Numbered from the stretch's first letter, positions 21,787 through 33,500 are shown. The stretch is 64,000 bases of DNA from Anaeromyxobacteraceae bacterium (GCA_047602405.1 JASGHJ010000002.1:1248001-1312000); one strand, 5' to 3'. Program-made: numbers and translations. The notes: generated by a model not told the origin, from the sequence alone.

Positions 21787-22185
21787 ATGCCCGCCTCGAA
21801 GCGCTGCGGCAACTGCGAGCAGTTCCTCCGCTCGGCCACCCCAGGCCTCGCGACCTGGGGAAAGTGTCCGCATCGCGAGGGCTGGGTGCGCGCGCACGAG
21901 GCGCCCTGCGAGCAGCACCAGGGCGAGCCGTCCAGCTCGCTCGTGCCGGTGTTCGTCGCGCTGAACGTCGTCTTCGCGTTCGGCAGCCTCGCGCTCTTCG
22001 TCTGGATGGACCTGCGGCGCGGCACCCTGCTCACCCACGCCGCCCTCGCCTCGTCCGTCGCCGTCGTCGTGCTCTTCGCCTGGACCGCCGCCCGCAGCAG
22101 CGGGCTCGGCGAGGACGCGAAGTACGTGCTCCTCGAGCAGGACGAGTCGACGCCGGACGACGACCGCTGGCCGCCGGAGCCGTAG
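21787..22185 (+). CDS. Small membrane protein with N-terminal Cys/His cluster
   Basis: CGNC...C..H...H..C, then two TM helices. Confidence 0.6.
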   Translation: MPASKRCGNCEQFLRSATPGLATWGKCPHREGWVRAHEAPCEQHQGEPSSSLVPVFVALNVVFAFGSLALFVWMDLRRGTLLTHAALASSVAVVVLFAWTAARSSGLGEDAKYVLLEQDESTPDDDRWPPEP

Positions 22186-22235
22186 GTCGCGCCGAGGCCG
22201 CGTCGCCCCGTCAGGGCGTCCGGTAAGATCCGTTC

Positions 22236-22586
22236 ATGAGCACGCCGAACATCGCCGCCCCCGCGGGCGTCGGCAGCATCGCCGTCATCTTCACCTCCAT
22301 CCGCTCGCCGGTCACCGAAGACGGCGGTCCTCCCGGCTACGCCCAGACCGCAGAGGAGATGGTGCGGATGGCGGCGCAGCAACCTGGCTACCTCGGCATG
22401 GAGAGCGTCCGCGGCCCCGACGGCTTCGGCATCACGGTCTCGTACTGGCGAGACGAAGCGTCGATCCGCGCGTGGAAGGCCGTCGCCGACCACCAGGCCG
22501 CGCAGCGGGCCGGCCGCGAGCGCTGGTACCGCGCCTACCGCACGCGCGTCTGCCGCATCGAGCGGGAGTACGGGTTCGAGAGGTAG
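22236..22586 (+). CDS. Antibiotic biosynthesis monooxygenase (ABM) family protein
   Basis: AVIFTS...GYLGMESVRG..GITVSYWRDEASIRAWK...H..AQRAGRERWY. Confidence 0.9.
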   Translation: MSTPNIAAPAGVGSIAVIFTSIRSPVTEDGGPPGYAQTAEEMVRMAAQQPGYLGMESVRGPDGFGITVSYWRDEASIRAWKAVADHQAAQRAGRERWYRAYRTRVCRIEREYGFER

Positions 22587-23646
22587 GGGAGGGCGGCGCG
22601 CCGTACACCGCCTCGGGCTCGTGCGCGACGGGGTGCTTCCGGAACTGCTGCATCCAGTCCTTGCCGAAGCAGTGCTGCGCCCAGAGCATGTTGTGGTGCC
22701 GGCAGAGCAGCCGGAGGTTGTCGAGCGTCGTCAGCCCGCCGAGCGCGACCGGCTTGATGTGGTCGACCTCGAGCTGCCGGGTGGACGCGCAGATCCCGTC
22801 CTTGTCGGTCGGCCACTGGCAGCAGCCCCTGTCGCGCTTCCAGACCGCGTCGCGGAGCGGCTTCGGGACGTAGCGGGGGTTGCTGGAGATGGTGGGCCGG
22901 CCTCTCTTGCGCGGCTTGTCCGTCCCGCCGCGCGCCTTCGCCTGGTGCTTCAGGAGCAGGTCGAGGGCCGCCTCGAGAACGAACGCGCCGGTCGCCGTCG
23001 GGTACGCGTTCGACATGCCGTCGCGGGCGCGGTCGAGCTTTTCGATGAACTCCTTCGTGACCGTGAAGTGAATTCGGCGGAGGTCGGCCGTGATGGGCCG
23101 CGTGAATGACGACGCCTCAATGCCAGCAAGTACGGGGGGTTGGCCGGGAAAATTCGAGCTACCTACCGGTAGAAAACTCAGCTCATCGGCCGCGGCGGTC
23201 ACCACCTTCTCGCCCCGCGCCGCAGGAGTGACGAGGCTGATGAGCTCCCGCCGCGGCGGAGCCTCTAGCGGTTTGACCTCAGCCGCAACCACGGCCGCTT
23301 CCTGCCGAGACTTCCCGAAGAAGCGCGGCAAGACCTCGCGGCAGTTGTCGGCCGTGATCACCTTCGCGAGTTCGCTCACCGACATGAGGCAGAGCCGGCC
23401 GTCGCGCAGCGGCTCAACAATCGCGGGGTGCATGCGGATGAGCCGTGCGGCCGTCTTCCGGTAGTACGCAGCGCCATTCGAGAGTCCGAGTTCACGCTTC
23501 AGGGACTCGAACAGGCTCCGATACCCCATCTCCTCCCACTGCCTCCGCTCGTCGAAGTCCGCGAGCTCGACGAGGAAGTCGGCCATCGAGTGCTGCTCCT
23601 TCGAGAGGAGCACCTTCAGACGTTCCGTGCGGGCGCGTGCGTTCAT
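22432..23646 (-). CDS. DUF222-like/HNH endonuclease protein
   Basis: RYVPKPLRDAVWKRDRGCCQW...LEVDHIKPVALGG.TTLDNLRLLCRHHN; helical N-terminus; atypical codon usage. Confidence 0.88.
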   Translation of the reverse strand: MNARARTERLKVLLSKEQHSMADFLVELADFDERRQWEEMGYRSLFESLKRELGLSNGAAYYRKTAARLIRMHPAIVEPLRDGRLCLMSVSELAKVITADNCREVLPRFFGKSRQEAAVVAAEVKPLEAPPRRELISLVTPAARGEKVVTAAADELSFLPVGSSNFPGQPPVLAGIEASSFTRPITADLRRIHFTVTKEFIEKLDRARDGMSNAYPTATGAFVLEAALDLLLKHQAKARGGTDKPRKRGRPTISSNPRYVPKPLRDAVWKRDRGCCQWPTDKDGICASTRQLEVDHIKPVALGGLTTLDNLRLLCRHHNMLWAQHCFGKDWMQQFRKHPVAHEPEAVYGAPPSPTSRTRTPARCGRRACGRRGTSARGRPAARPGGRRRPSTRGSTLRLASTRP

Positions 23647-23652
23647 GGACCC

Positions 23653-23674
23653 AGCGTACCAGTCGGCACTGACA
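23653..23674 (-). promoter_or_regulatory. PafBC/RecA-NDp-like promoter of the HNH gene
   Basis: Minus strand TGTCAGTG-CCGACTGG-TACGCT, 6 nt before ATG23646. Confidence 0.65.
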
Positions 23675-23813
23675 GCGCGTTCAGTGCCCCGGCTCGGGTG
23701 GAGGTCCAGACCGAGTAGATCGCTGACCCTCCTGACCGGTCGGCCCAACCTCCGCCACCTCGCGCGACCGAACGCTCACCGCGCGCGGCGGCAGCCTCTG
23801 GTAGCCTCCCCCC

Positions 23814-25079
23814 GTGTCCGACGACAGCCACAAGCTCACCGCGTTCCGCCCCGTCCCGCTGACGGGCGTCATCTACACGACCACCGAGGCGACGAAGCTC
23901 GGGTTCTCGATGCAGGACCCCGAGTGGTGCAACCTCGGGCAGGGGCAGCCGGAGACGGGCCCGCTCGCCGGCGCGCCGCCGCGCGTTCACGAGGTGAAGA
24001 TCGCCGTCGACGATCAGGAGTACGCCCCGGTCGCCGGGCTCTGGGAGCTCCGCGAGGAGGTGGCCGCGCTTTACAACCGGCTCTACCGCCGCGGCCTGAA
24101 GTCCCAGTACCGCGCCGAGAACGTCTCGGTGTCCGGCGGCGGCCGCGGCTCGCTCACGCGCGCGGTCGCGAGCCTCGGGCACGTGAACCTCGGGCACTTC
24201 CTGCCCGACTACACCGCGTACGAGGAGCTCCTCGACCTCTTCCGCACGTTCACGCCCATCCCGATCCTGCTCGAGGGCGAGCGCGGGTACTCGTTCACGG
24301 TCGACGACCTCCGGAAGGAGGTGCTCGGCCGCGGGCTCTCGGCGCTCCTCATGTCGAACCCGTGCAACCCGACGGGCAAGCTCGTGCAGGGCGACGAGCT
24401 CCGGCGCTGGGTGGAGCTCTCGCGCGAGCTCGACTGCGCGCTCCTCGTCGACGAGTTCTACTCGCACTACGTCTGGACCGCGCCGCCGGGGCGGCTGCCG
24501 ATCGAGAGCGCCGCGCGCTACGTCGAGGACGTCGACAAGGACCCCGTCGTCATCTTCGACGGGTTCACGAAGAACTGGCGCTACCCGGGCTGGCGGCTCA
24601 CCTGGACGATCGGGCCGCGCTCGGTCATCGAGGCGGTCGCATCCGCGGGCTCGTTCCTCGACGGCGGCGGCTCGAAGCCCATCCAGCGCGCCGCCATCCC
24701 GCTCCTCACCGACGAGGCCGTGAAGGCCGAGACCGAGGCCATCCACCGCACCTTCGGCGAGAAGCGCCGCCGGATGCTGCAGCGGCTCGAGACGATGGGC
24801 GTCCGGTTCGACCGCGCGCCCGACGGTACGTTCTACGCGTGGGGCAACGTCGGCCACCTGCCGGCGCCGCTCAACGACGGCATGGGCTTCTTCCGCGAGG
24901 CCCTGAAGCGCAAGGTCATCGTCGTCCCCGGCGAGTTCTTCGACGTGAACCCCGGGAGCCGCCGCCGGCACGCCTCACGGTTCCGCACCTACGTGCGGTT
25001 CTCGTTCGGCCCGTCGGCGGAGACGGTGGAGAAGGCGTGCGACCGGCTGGAGGGGATGATCCGGGAGCACGTGAGGTAG
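23814..25079 (+). CDS. PLP-dependent aminotransferase class I/II
   Basis: SNPCNPTG, LVDEFY, DGFTKNWRYPGWRL, VVPGEFF, VRFSF. Confidence 0.92.
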   Translation: MSDDSHKLTAFRPVPLTGVIYTTTEATKLGFSMQDPEWCNLGQGQPETGPLAGAPPRVHEVKIAVDDQEYAPVAGLWELREEVAALYNRLYRRGLKSQYRAENVSVSGGGRGSLTRAVASLGHVNLGHFLPDYTAYEELLDLFRTFTPIPILLEGERGYSFTVDDLRKEVLGRGLSALLMSNPCNPTGKLVQGDELRRWVELSRELDCALLVDEFYSHYVWTAPPGRLPIESAARYVEDVDKDPVVIFDGFTKNWRYPGWRLTWTIGPRSVIEAVASAGSFLDGGGSKPIQRAAIPLLTDEAVKAETEAIHRTFGEKRRRMLQRLETMGVRFDRAPDGTFYAWGNVGHLPAPLNDGMGFFREALKRKVIVVPGEFFDVNPGSRRRHASRFRTYVRFSFGPSAETVEKACDRLEGMIREHVR

Positions 25080-25080
25080 C

Positions 25081-25809
25081 TCACTCCTCCGTGCAGCTCA
25101 CCGAGAGCTTGAACACGTAGAACACGTCCACCGGCCGGCCGCCCAGCGTGGCCGGCTTGTAGACCCGCTGCTCGAGCGCGGACATCGCGGCGTCGCTCAT
25201 GAACGGCAGGCCCTTCACGGCCTTGCAGTCGTGCACGTGCCCGTCGGTCGTCACGACGCACCTGATCAGCATCGTGCCCTTCACGTTCTTCGAGAACGCG
25301 GCGTCGGTGCACTCCGGCTTCGGGCCGGACACGAACACCGGGTCGCTCATGCGCGAGCCGTCCCACTCGATCGGGTTGCCGTCGCCGCCGAGCTGGCCAC
25401 CGACCACGCCGCCGACCTGCCCGCCCACCACGCCGCCGGCGACGCCACCGGCCACGCCACCCTCGGCGCCGCCGGCCTCCGCGGGCGCGGAGTCCTGGGC
25501 GGTCTGCTGGGGCGCGACCTCGGGGATGACGGTGGGCGCGATGATCGCGTCCTTCTTGATCGGGACCACCGTCTTGGGCTTCGGCTTCTCCTTCGGCACT
25601 CCGCCGCCGCCGCCCGCCGGCGGGGGCGGGGGAGGGGGCGGCATCCGGCGGAAGGTCACCGGCACCGCGCTCGTCGCCTCGTGCGGCCGGCTCTGGTACC
25701 AGACCGAGAACGCGCCGATGCCGACGTAGAAGCAGATGCCGAGGATGGCGCCGGGCCCGAGCCTGAGCTGCCTCGAGAAGCCTTCGCGGTAGGTGACGCC
25801 GTCGAACAT
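25081..25809 (-). CDS. tonB: TonB energy transducer
   Basis: N-terminal TM, Pro-rich linker, GGVAGGV repeats, TonB_C (KGTMLIRCVVTTDGHV...YKPATLGGRPV). Confidence 0.85.
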   Translation of the reverse strand: MFDGVTYREGFSRQLRLGPGAILGICFYVGIGAFSVWYQSRPHEATSAVPVTFRRMPPPPPPPPAGGGGGVPKEKPKPKTVVPIKKDAIIAPTVIPEVAPQQTAQDSAPAEAGGAEGGVAGGVAGGVVGGQVGGVVGGQLGGDGNPIEWDGSRMSDPVFVSGPKPECTDAAFSKNVKGTMLIRCVVTTDGHVHDCKAVKGLPFMSDAAMSALEQRVYKPATLGGRPVDVFYVFKLSVSCTEE

Positions 25810-25828
25810 GGGGCTCTCCTCTCGTCCT

Positions 25829-27187
25829 CTACGGCTCGTCCGCGAGCGCCCGCCCGTTCGTGGCGACGACGTTCGCGTAGTAGCGCCCGCTCGACTTCAC
25901 GGTGCGCCGCTGGGTCTGGTGGTCGACGTGCACGATGCCGAACCGCATCTTGAAGCCCGACGCCCACTCCAGGTTGTCGAGGAGCGACCAGACCAGGTAG
26001 CCGCGCACGTCGACGCCGGCCTGGATGGCGGCGTGCACCGCGCGCAGGTGGTCGCGCAGGTAGCCGACGCGCAGGTAGTCCTGCACGCCGCCGGCGGGCG
26101 CGGTGGGCGGGTCGTAGAACGCCACGCCGTTCTCGGTGACGTAGATCGGCACGTCGCCGTAGCGCCGCTTCATCCAGACGAGCGCCTCGGTGAAGCTCTC
26201 CGGGTGGACCTCCCAGCCCGTGTCGGTGTACGTGGCGCCGGGCTGGCGCACCTGGGCGGCCCGCACCGGCCACGCGGCCGGGTCGTGCCGGTTCACGCTG
26301 CGCGTGTAGTAGTTGAGGCCGAGGAAGTCGACCTTCGTCCGGAGCGCCGCGACCTCGGCGGCCGGCCACTCGGGCCAGCCCTCGCCGTAGATCTCGCGCA
26401 GCTCCTCGGGGTAGGTGCCGAGCATCGCGGGGTCGAGGTACTGCCGGTTCATGTAGGCCTCGGCGCGTGCGGTGGCGGCGAGATCCTCCGGCGTCTGCGA
26501 GGCCGCGTGCTTCGGCTCGATGTTCACCACGAGGCCAATCTGGTGCTTCCCCGCGGCGCGGTACGCCCCCACCGCGGCGGCGTGCGCGCGCATGAGGTTG
26601 TGCGCGGCGCGGGGCGCCTCGAAGGCGCTCCGGTGGCCGGGGGCGAGGGCGCCGTGGAGGTAGCCGCCGTCGACCACCACCCAGGGCTCGTTGAGCGTCG
26701 CCCAGAGCTTCACGCGGCCGTCGAGCCGCCGGTAGAGGACCTCGGCGTAGTCGGCGAACCAGCCCGCGACGTCCGGGTTGACCCACCCGCCGCGCTCGTC
26801 GAGCGCCGCGGGGAGGTCCCAGTGGTAGAGCGTGAGCATCGGCTGGATGCCGGCCGCGAGCAGCCCGTCCACGAGCCGCTCGTAGTGGTCGAGCCCGCGC
26901 GGGTTCACCGCGCCGCGCCCCTCCGGCATCACCCGGCCCCAGGCCACGGAGAACCGGTACGCCTGCAGGCCGAGCGACCGCATGAGGGCCACGTCCTCGG
27001 GCCAGCGGCGGTACTGGTCGCAGGCGACGTCGCCGGTGTCGCCGTTCGCCATCGTGCCGGGCGTGTGCGAGAAGCGGTGCCAGATGCTCGGCCCGGCGCC
27101 GTCGGCGAGCGGCGAGCCCTCCACCTGGTAGGCGGCGGTCGCCGCGCCCCAGAGGAAGCCCTTCGGGAAGGTGAAGTCGCCGGTCAT
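25829..27187 (-). CDS. GH1 beta-glucosidase
   Basis: FLWGAATAAYQVEG, TLNEP (acid/base), YVTENG (nucleophile), WSLLDNLEW. Confidence 0.95.
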   Translation of the reverse strand: MTGDFTFPKGFLWGAATAAYQVEGSPLADGAGPSIWHRFSHTPGTMANGDTGDVACDQYRRWPEDVALMRSLGLQAYRFSVAWGRVMPEGRGAVNPRGLDHYERLVDGLLAAGIQPMLTLYHWDLPAALDERGGWVNPDVAGWFADYAEVLYRRLDGRVKLWATLNEPWVVVDGGYLHGALAPGHRSAFEAPRAAHNLMRAHAAAVGAYRAAGKHQIGLVVNIEPKHAASQTPEDLAATARAEAYMNRQYLDPAMLGTYPEELREIYGEGWPEWPAAEVAALRTKVDFLGLNYYTRSVNRHDPAAWPVRAAQVRQPGATYTDTGWEVHPESFTEALVWMKRRYGDVPIYVTENGVAFYDPPTAPAGGVQDYLRVGYLRDHLRAVHAAIQAGVDVRGYLVWSLLDNLEWASGFKMRFGIVHVDHQTQRRTVKSSGRYYANVVATNGRALADEP

Positions 27188-30100
27188 CTACGAGAGCTCC
27201 ACGCGCAGGACGTCGGGCTCGTCGACGGCGATGGCCGCGCGCCAGTCGGCGAGCGCCACCGCCGCGCCGCCGGCGCGGTAGGGGTTGGCGGTGCGGGTGA
27301 AGGCGAGCTTCCTCCCGTTCAGCGTGAGGGCCCGGGGCGCGTATCCCTGCTGGTCCACGCGATACTCCACCTTCACCCGGCGCCCCAGCAGCGTGGCCTC
27401 GGCGACGAGGCCGTCCAGCTCCCGCGGGAGGCAGGGGTCCACGACCATCGTACCGCCTTCCGGCCGCAGGCCGAGCAGGCTGCCGACGACGATCGCGAGC
27501 GAGATGCCCGGCCCCGACGAGTACACGCGCCAGCCCCCGTCGAGGGCCACGGTGCCGTCCTTCAGCCGGCCGTACTGCTCGAGCGCCTCGTAGCGGTCGC
27601 GGAACGCCGCGTCGGAGCTCGAGAAGTAGCAGTTCGCCTGGCGCAGCGTCGCCTGCGGCAGCCGCTCCCGCACGCCGATCGGGTTCGTGAGCGCCAGCGC
27701 CTCGACGAGGCCGCGGCCGTCGCCGACGTGCGCGAGCATCTGCGCGTAGCGGAGGTGGGCGTGGGTGTACATGACGCCGATCTCGCGGCCGAAGAAGGTC
27801 GCGGTCTCGACCCGCTGGAAGAGCTTCATCGGGCCGCCGCGGTAGGCCACCGGGCGATCGAAGAGCCGGGCCCCGTCGGGCGCCCAGAGGTGCTCCTTCA
27901 TGAGGGCGAGGTGCGCCTTCGCCTCGTCGGGCGTGAGCAGGTCCTCGAGGATCGCGTGCATCATCGGCAGGAGGCTGTAGTGCACGCCCGTCTCGCCGTC
28001 CCGCGGGTGGAGGAGGTAGCGCGGCGGCGCCCCAGGTGCGAAGTGCGCGTAGCCCGCGATGACGCCGTCGGGCATCAGCCGCGCGCGGAAGGCCTCCTTC
28101 ACCGTGGCGGCCTCGGCCTCGAGCGCGGCGGCGCGCCGCTCGAGCCCCGCGTGGCGAAGCGCGCGGGCGAGGGTGGTGAGGGTCTGGTGGTGGAGCGTCA
28201 CCGTCCAGGCGCTGCACATGTCCTCGCGCAGCGCCGGGTCGGCGGGCTGGAGCGCGTCGTTCCAGTCGCCGTGGCCGTAGGCGGCGAGGGCGGTGCCCTT
28301 CACACGGCGGCGGGCGATGAGGTCGAGCGCGCGCTCCACGTGCGCGAGGATGGGCTCCGGGGCGCCGGTGCCCGGGTGGAAGGGCACGCGCACGTCCAGG
28401 ATGGAGCGGTCCCCGCCCGCGAGGAGGTAGCGCGCCAGCGCGAGGACCGGCCAGAAGACGATGTCGCCGTGCGAGTCGCCGGCCCGGATGCCGCGCTCGC
28501 GCTCGAAGAACTGGAACCACTGCGGCCAGTCACCGTCGGCGTTCTGCGCCGCGAAGAGCCGCTTCACGAGGTCGCGCGCCGCCTCGGCGCCGTCGAGCGC
28601 GAGGAGCAGCTCGAGCGGGCCCTGCGACACGTCGCGGGTGCCCCAGCCGCCGCCCGAGTACTGCTCGAGGCCGCGCGGCGAGAGGTAGTGCACGAGCGCG
28701 TCGTCGAGGAGCCAGGGCACGAGCTCCGAGAGCCGGCGCAGCTCCCGCGCCGCGGCGCCGTCGCCGGCGGGCCGGAGCTCGGGCAGCGGGATCGGCTCGG
28801 CCGGGAGCGCGACGTCCGGCACGAGCTCGCCGGTGAGCTCGAACCCGAAGCAGCCGGAGGCCGGCCCCTCGAGGCAGAGGAACGGCAGGCCGCGGCTCTT
28901 GCCGTCGGTGAACAGGCGGGCGTCGCCCTGGAGCTCGGCGAGCGCGGTGTCGCCGAGCCCTGCGATGCGGAACGCGCCGTCCGGGAACCGCGAGGCGAGC
29001 TCCGAGCCCGCGGGCACCGGGACGACCACGTCGTCGCCTTCGTGCTGGAACGGCACCGGGATGGCCGCGTTGCCGTCGTCGCCGCCGAGGGCCAGGTGGA
29101 GGGTCGCGAGCCAGGCCACCGGCGGTCCCTCGAGGATCCGGGCGCGCAGCGTGAGCGCGTGCTCGTCGGGGCGGGCCGCGCTGACCACCTCGAGCACGCC
29201 GCCCGCGTGCCGGTACACCCACCGGCAGGCGTCGGGGCGCATCTCGAACGCGGAGGGCGTGCCGAGGAGCTGCCAGCGGCCGCCGACCTGCACGAAGAGC
29301 CGGAGCCCCTGCGAGCGGAACAGGCCGAGGTAGCTGCGCACCGTCGAGGAGAGGCGGTTGATGCTGACGTGCCCCTGCGTGACCATCGAGTGGAACGTGC
29401 CGGCCATCCAGGTGGTCGAGGTGAGCGCGCCCTCCTCGGGCACGCGGGCGCGGTTCGTGCGCAGGAGGTGGCCGTGCGGCCGCAGCGTGCGCGCCTCCTT
29501 CGCGCGGAGCACGACGTGGCTGTGCTCGCCGCTGAAGAAGGAGAGGAGCCCGTGGCCGTCGCGCTCCTCGTGCCGCCAGGCGGCGCCGAAGAAGCCGGCG
29601 GAGCTCGCCCTCGGTGAGGTCGTGGCAGGGGAGGATCGGCGCCGCGGCGAACAGCGTGCGCGGCTCCGGCGGCGGGCCGGGCTCCGCGTCGAACCCGGGC
29701 AGCGCGAGGGCGGAGGCCCAGGCGAGCGCGCCGTCCACGAGGGGGAGGTCGGCGGCGGTGGTCGCGGCGGGGTGATCGGCGAGGGCGACGCCGAAGAAGC
29801 CGCCGGTCCACGCCGCGCCGGGGGCGAGCGTCACGGCCTGGTCCTGCACGGCGGCCATGGCGTGCTCGTGCTGGAGCCGGACGCCGGGGAGGCCGAGGTG
29901 AACGCCGGAGGGGTCGCCGCCCATCCTGGGATCCAGGCCGTACACCTGGAGGGCGTCGGTGGCGTAGCTCACGCCACAACGGAGAGAGCCCACGACGGCC
30001 CACGGGTGGCGCCCGGCGCGACCGCCGGGCGCTGCTTGGGGCTGGTTCTGCCGGGCCGCCACCACCCAGCCGCAGCGCGGGTGGGCGAGCGGGGTGAGGT

Positions 30101-30563
30101 CGACGTACTGCGCGACGTAGAACTCGTTCAGGCGGAGCGCACCGTGGCCCGCGAGGCCGATGTCCTGGGCGTGGACGACGTCGATCACCCGGCCGTCGCG
30201 GCTCCGGTTCTCGACCCGGAGCTGCCAGCACCAGGCGGCGAGGTCGGGCGCCAGCGCGAGGGCGAGCTCGACGCGCAGCCCCTCCCACTCGCCGGAGGCG
30301 CGGAACGCGCCGGGGCCGGCGCCGTCCCTCGACGGGGCGGCCCGCAGCGGCGAGCGCGGCCCGAGGAGCGGCGTCACCTCGACGCCCGGGCCGCGGCGCT
30401 GGCGGAGCCAGAGGTTCGCGGGCGACGGCTCCATGCCGTTGCCGAGGAAGAGGTTCACCACGTCTTCGCGGTGCTGGATGCGGCGGATCCCGCCGTCCGG
30501 ATCGAGCTCGAGGCTCAAGCCGGCGGCGTTCCGCACGCGGAGCGGGGCGGGGACGGGGGTCAT
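27188..30563 (-). CDS. GH94 glycoside phosphorylase, 1,2-beta-oligoglucan phosphorylase (SOGP)-like; +1 frameshift at ~29600
   Basis: HYLSPRGLEQYSGGGWGTRDVSQGP, YGHGDWNDALQP, GREIGVMYTHAHLRY, WRVYSSGPG; ~1124 aa when corrected. Confidence 0.85.
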
Positions 30564-33500
30564 GGAGCCTCGAGCTTCACGGTGGCGGGGCCGGGGGGCA
30601 GGACGAGCTCGCGCCCCCGCCAGCGGAGCTCCCGGCCGGCGTGGAGGGCGCGCGGGAGCGGGCCGGGCAGGGGCCAGGCGAGCCGGACGCCGCCGGGCGG
30701 CGCCGCGAGGCCGCCGCCGAGCTCGAGCAGGTGGCCGCGCGGGGCGGGGGCGAGCCGGTAGGTGAGCGTCCCGTACCAGGTCGAGAGGCCGGCGATGCCG
30801 GTGCCCTCGGCGACCCACGCCGGCGCGAGGCCAGCGCCGAGGATGAGCGCGCCGTCGGCCTCGCGCTCGAACGCGAAGAGGTCGAGCGCCGAGCGGAGGT
30901 AGTCGGAGGAGACCCAGGCGTGCGGCATGTCGCCGAGGAAGTGCACGGTGCGGGGATCCGGCATGACCACCTCGGCCCACTGGTTCCAGGCGGCCGGGCG
31001 GCGGTCCTCGAGGAAGAACTCGAGCATGCGCCGGGCGCGCTCGGGCTGGCCGAGGCGCACGAGCGCGCCCACGGTGCGGAGCTCGTAGGGCGTGTAGTCC
31101 GGGTAGGCCTGCGCGCCGAACGCGCGCGCCGCGCCGGAGACCCAGTAGCGCTCGAAGGTGCGCTCGAGGAGGCCGGGCGAGAGGCGGGCCTGGGCGGGGT
31201 CGAGCGCGACGGTGCTGGAGGTGGGGTCGAAGTCGGCGCGGTCGGCGGCACCGGCGAGCGTGCCGCCGGTCTCCAGCGCGACGAGGTCGGCGGAGCGCGC
31301 GACGTCGGCCTCGAGCTCGGCGGCCCAGGTGGCCCAGCGCGCGCCCTCCTCGGCGTGGCCGAGCGCGCGCGCCATCGCCACCGCGTCCCGGTAGCCGCGG
31401 ATGGCCCAGAAGTCGTCCCAGTACGAGTAGGCGGGCTTGTCGGAGTAGCCCTCGTGGCTGATCGACGGCGGCAACAGCCCCACGAGCTTCGCCGGGTGGG
31501 AGGCCCGGAACTCCGGCGTGCGCGTGCTCTGGCGGAGGTCCTCCATCCAGGCCACGACGCGCTGGACGACCGGCCAGTGGCGCGCGAGGAACGCCGGGTC
31601 CTGCGTGTGCCGGTACACCTCGGCGACCGCGTAGAGGTACTGACCATGGCTGTCGTTCTCGACGACCGGGTCGGCGCCGCGGGCGTCGGCGCAGCAGGGG
31701 ACCTTGCCGGACGGGTAGACGTAGCGCGAGAAGGCGTCCACGAAGTCGCGGGCGGCGTCGGCCTCGCCCATGCGCAGGAGCCCCGACGCCATCATGGCGC
31801 CGTCGCGGATCCAGGTGCGCGCGTAGGAGCGGGTGCCGGGCTTCAGCATGGCGCCGTCGCGGGACATGAGGACGTGCGCGAGCGTCGTGCGGAGCGTCGC
31901 GGGGATCGCGGCGGCGGAGGCCGGGACGTCGACGCGGACGCGGTCGAGCTTGGCGCGCCAGCCGCGGGCGACGGCGTCGAGGCGGGGCTCCGGGGGCGGG
32001 TCGGGCTCGAGCGCGCCGGTCGGCCCCCGGCCCAAGTCGCCGCCCAGGGGCGCCGTGAAGGAGACGGTGCGGGTCTCGCCGCCCGCGACCGCGAGCTCGA
32101 ACTCCAGGAGGGCAGACGCGTGGAGGAGGGGATCCGTGAGCTCGCCGAGGTCCGGCGCGCCGCGCAGCGCGCGGAGGTCGATGCCACCCTCCATGCCGAG
32201 CGCGGTGACCTTCGCGGGCCGGGTCGAGAACGTCGGGCCCGGCCGGCCGTTCACCTCGAGGCGCGGGGGCGCCCAGCGGAGCCGGTCGATGCGGCTCGCA
32301 CCCCCGGGCGTGGTGAGGAACTGCTGCGGCGGGTTCACCTGCCAGGGGCGCACCGCGAGGAGGAGCCGGACCGTGCGGGCGTCCCGGCCGCGGTTCACGA
32401 TCGCGTAGCGCACGAGCAGGCGAGGCGCGACGCCCGGGCCCTCCGCGGCGGCAGCCACCTCGAGCTCGAGCGAATGGGACACGGCGAAGCGGACCTCGGG
32501 CATCGGGAGGTCGCCGTCGCGCAGGCGGTGCGAGATCCCCGCGTCAGCCCAGGTGACGAGCCGCCCGTCCTCGAGCACGAGCGCCGGCTCGACGCTGTAG
32601 CCGCCGCGGCCGAGCTCCACGGCGCCGTCCTCGGACAGCAGCGCCGATCGCTCGCCGCCGCCGTCGACCCCCACGAGCGCCCAGAAGTTCTGCTCGCCGA
32701 GGAACGCGCGCGGGACGTGCCCGCGCGGCGTGCGGCGGGCGAGCTCGGACAGCGCCGCGTTGAGGTCCTTCCACTGCGTCCGGTCGCGCAGCTCCACGAG
32801 CCGCGGCGGCTCGCCGCCCTGCGGCAACCTGAAGCGCAGCACCCGGGCCTCGGTCTCGGGGAGGTGGGCGACCTCGAACCCGGCCGCCGTCCGGCCCACC
32901 TTCCGGAGCGTCGTGAAGCGCCGCCCGTCCACGGAGCCCTCGAGCTCGTAGCCGCCGGGCGCGCCGCGGGCGGGCCAGGTGATGGCGACGCCCTCGAGGT
33001 CGCGGACGCGACCGAAGTCCCAGTCGACGGCGCCTCCGGCCCCGCGGCGCACGGTGGGCTCCGGCCAGGCGGCCGGGTCGGGCTCGCGCGGCTCGAGGCT
33101 CACGCCCGTCGTGCAGAGCGCGCCCTTGCCGCCCTCCCGGGCCGCGACGACGAGCTCGAGCGCCTCGGTCCGGCGGAGCGTGCGGTCGGAGATTGGGCCC
33201 CAGGCGAAGCCGAAGTGGCCGCTCTTGAAGGTCACACCCGAGAGCGCCGCGGGGCCCGCCCACGCCGGCCGGTTCACCCACCAGACGTTGTCGCCGGAGG
33301 CGTCGACCACCTTCACCTGCAGGTCGTTCACGGGGCCGCGCGCCTTCAACCTCGTCCTGAGCGCGAACGCCGCCGGCCAGTCGACCGGCCAGGCCCGGCG
33401 GAGCACCGCGTAGCCGGAGACGCCGTGGAAGTCGTACTCGAGGCAGAGGCTGCCGTCGGGATCGCGCGCGAGCCGGGCCTCGACCGCCTCCGAGGCGGTC

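Noticed and set aside
22209..22229. CGTCAG...TAAGAT before the ABM gene (and TGTCGC...TACCTT before the dnaJ-like gene) as extra PafBC-like boxes
   Set aside because: Spacing is 9 and 11 rather than 10, and the hexamers mismatch; the dnaJ-like promoter has a normal TTGACT -35.
22432..23813. HNH gene as IscB/HEARO or another RNA-guided nuclease
   Set aside because: No PLMP or RuvC motifs; the upstream gap is short and explained by two divergent promoters; no repeat array nearby.
25395..25470. Short tandem GCCGCC/CCACG repeats
   Set aside because: They encode the GGVAGGV linker of TonB.
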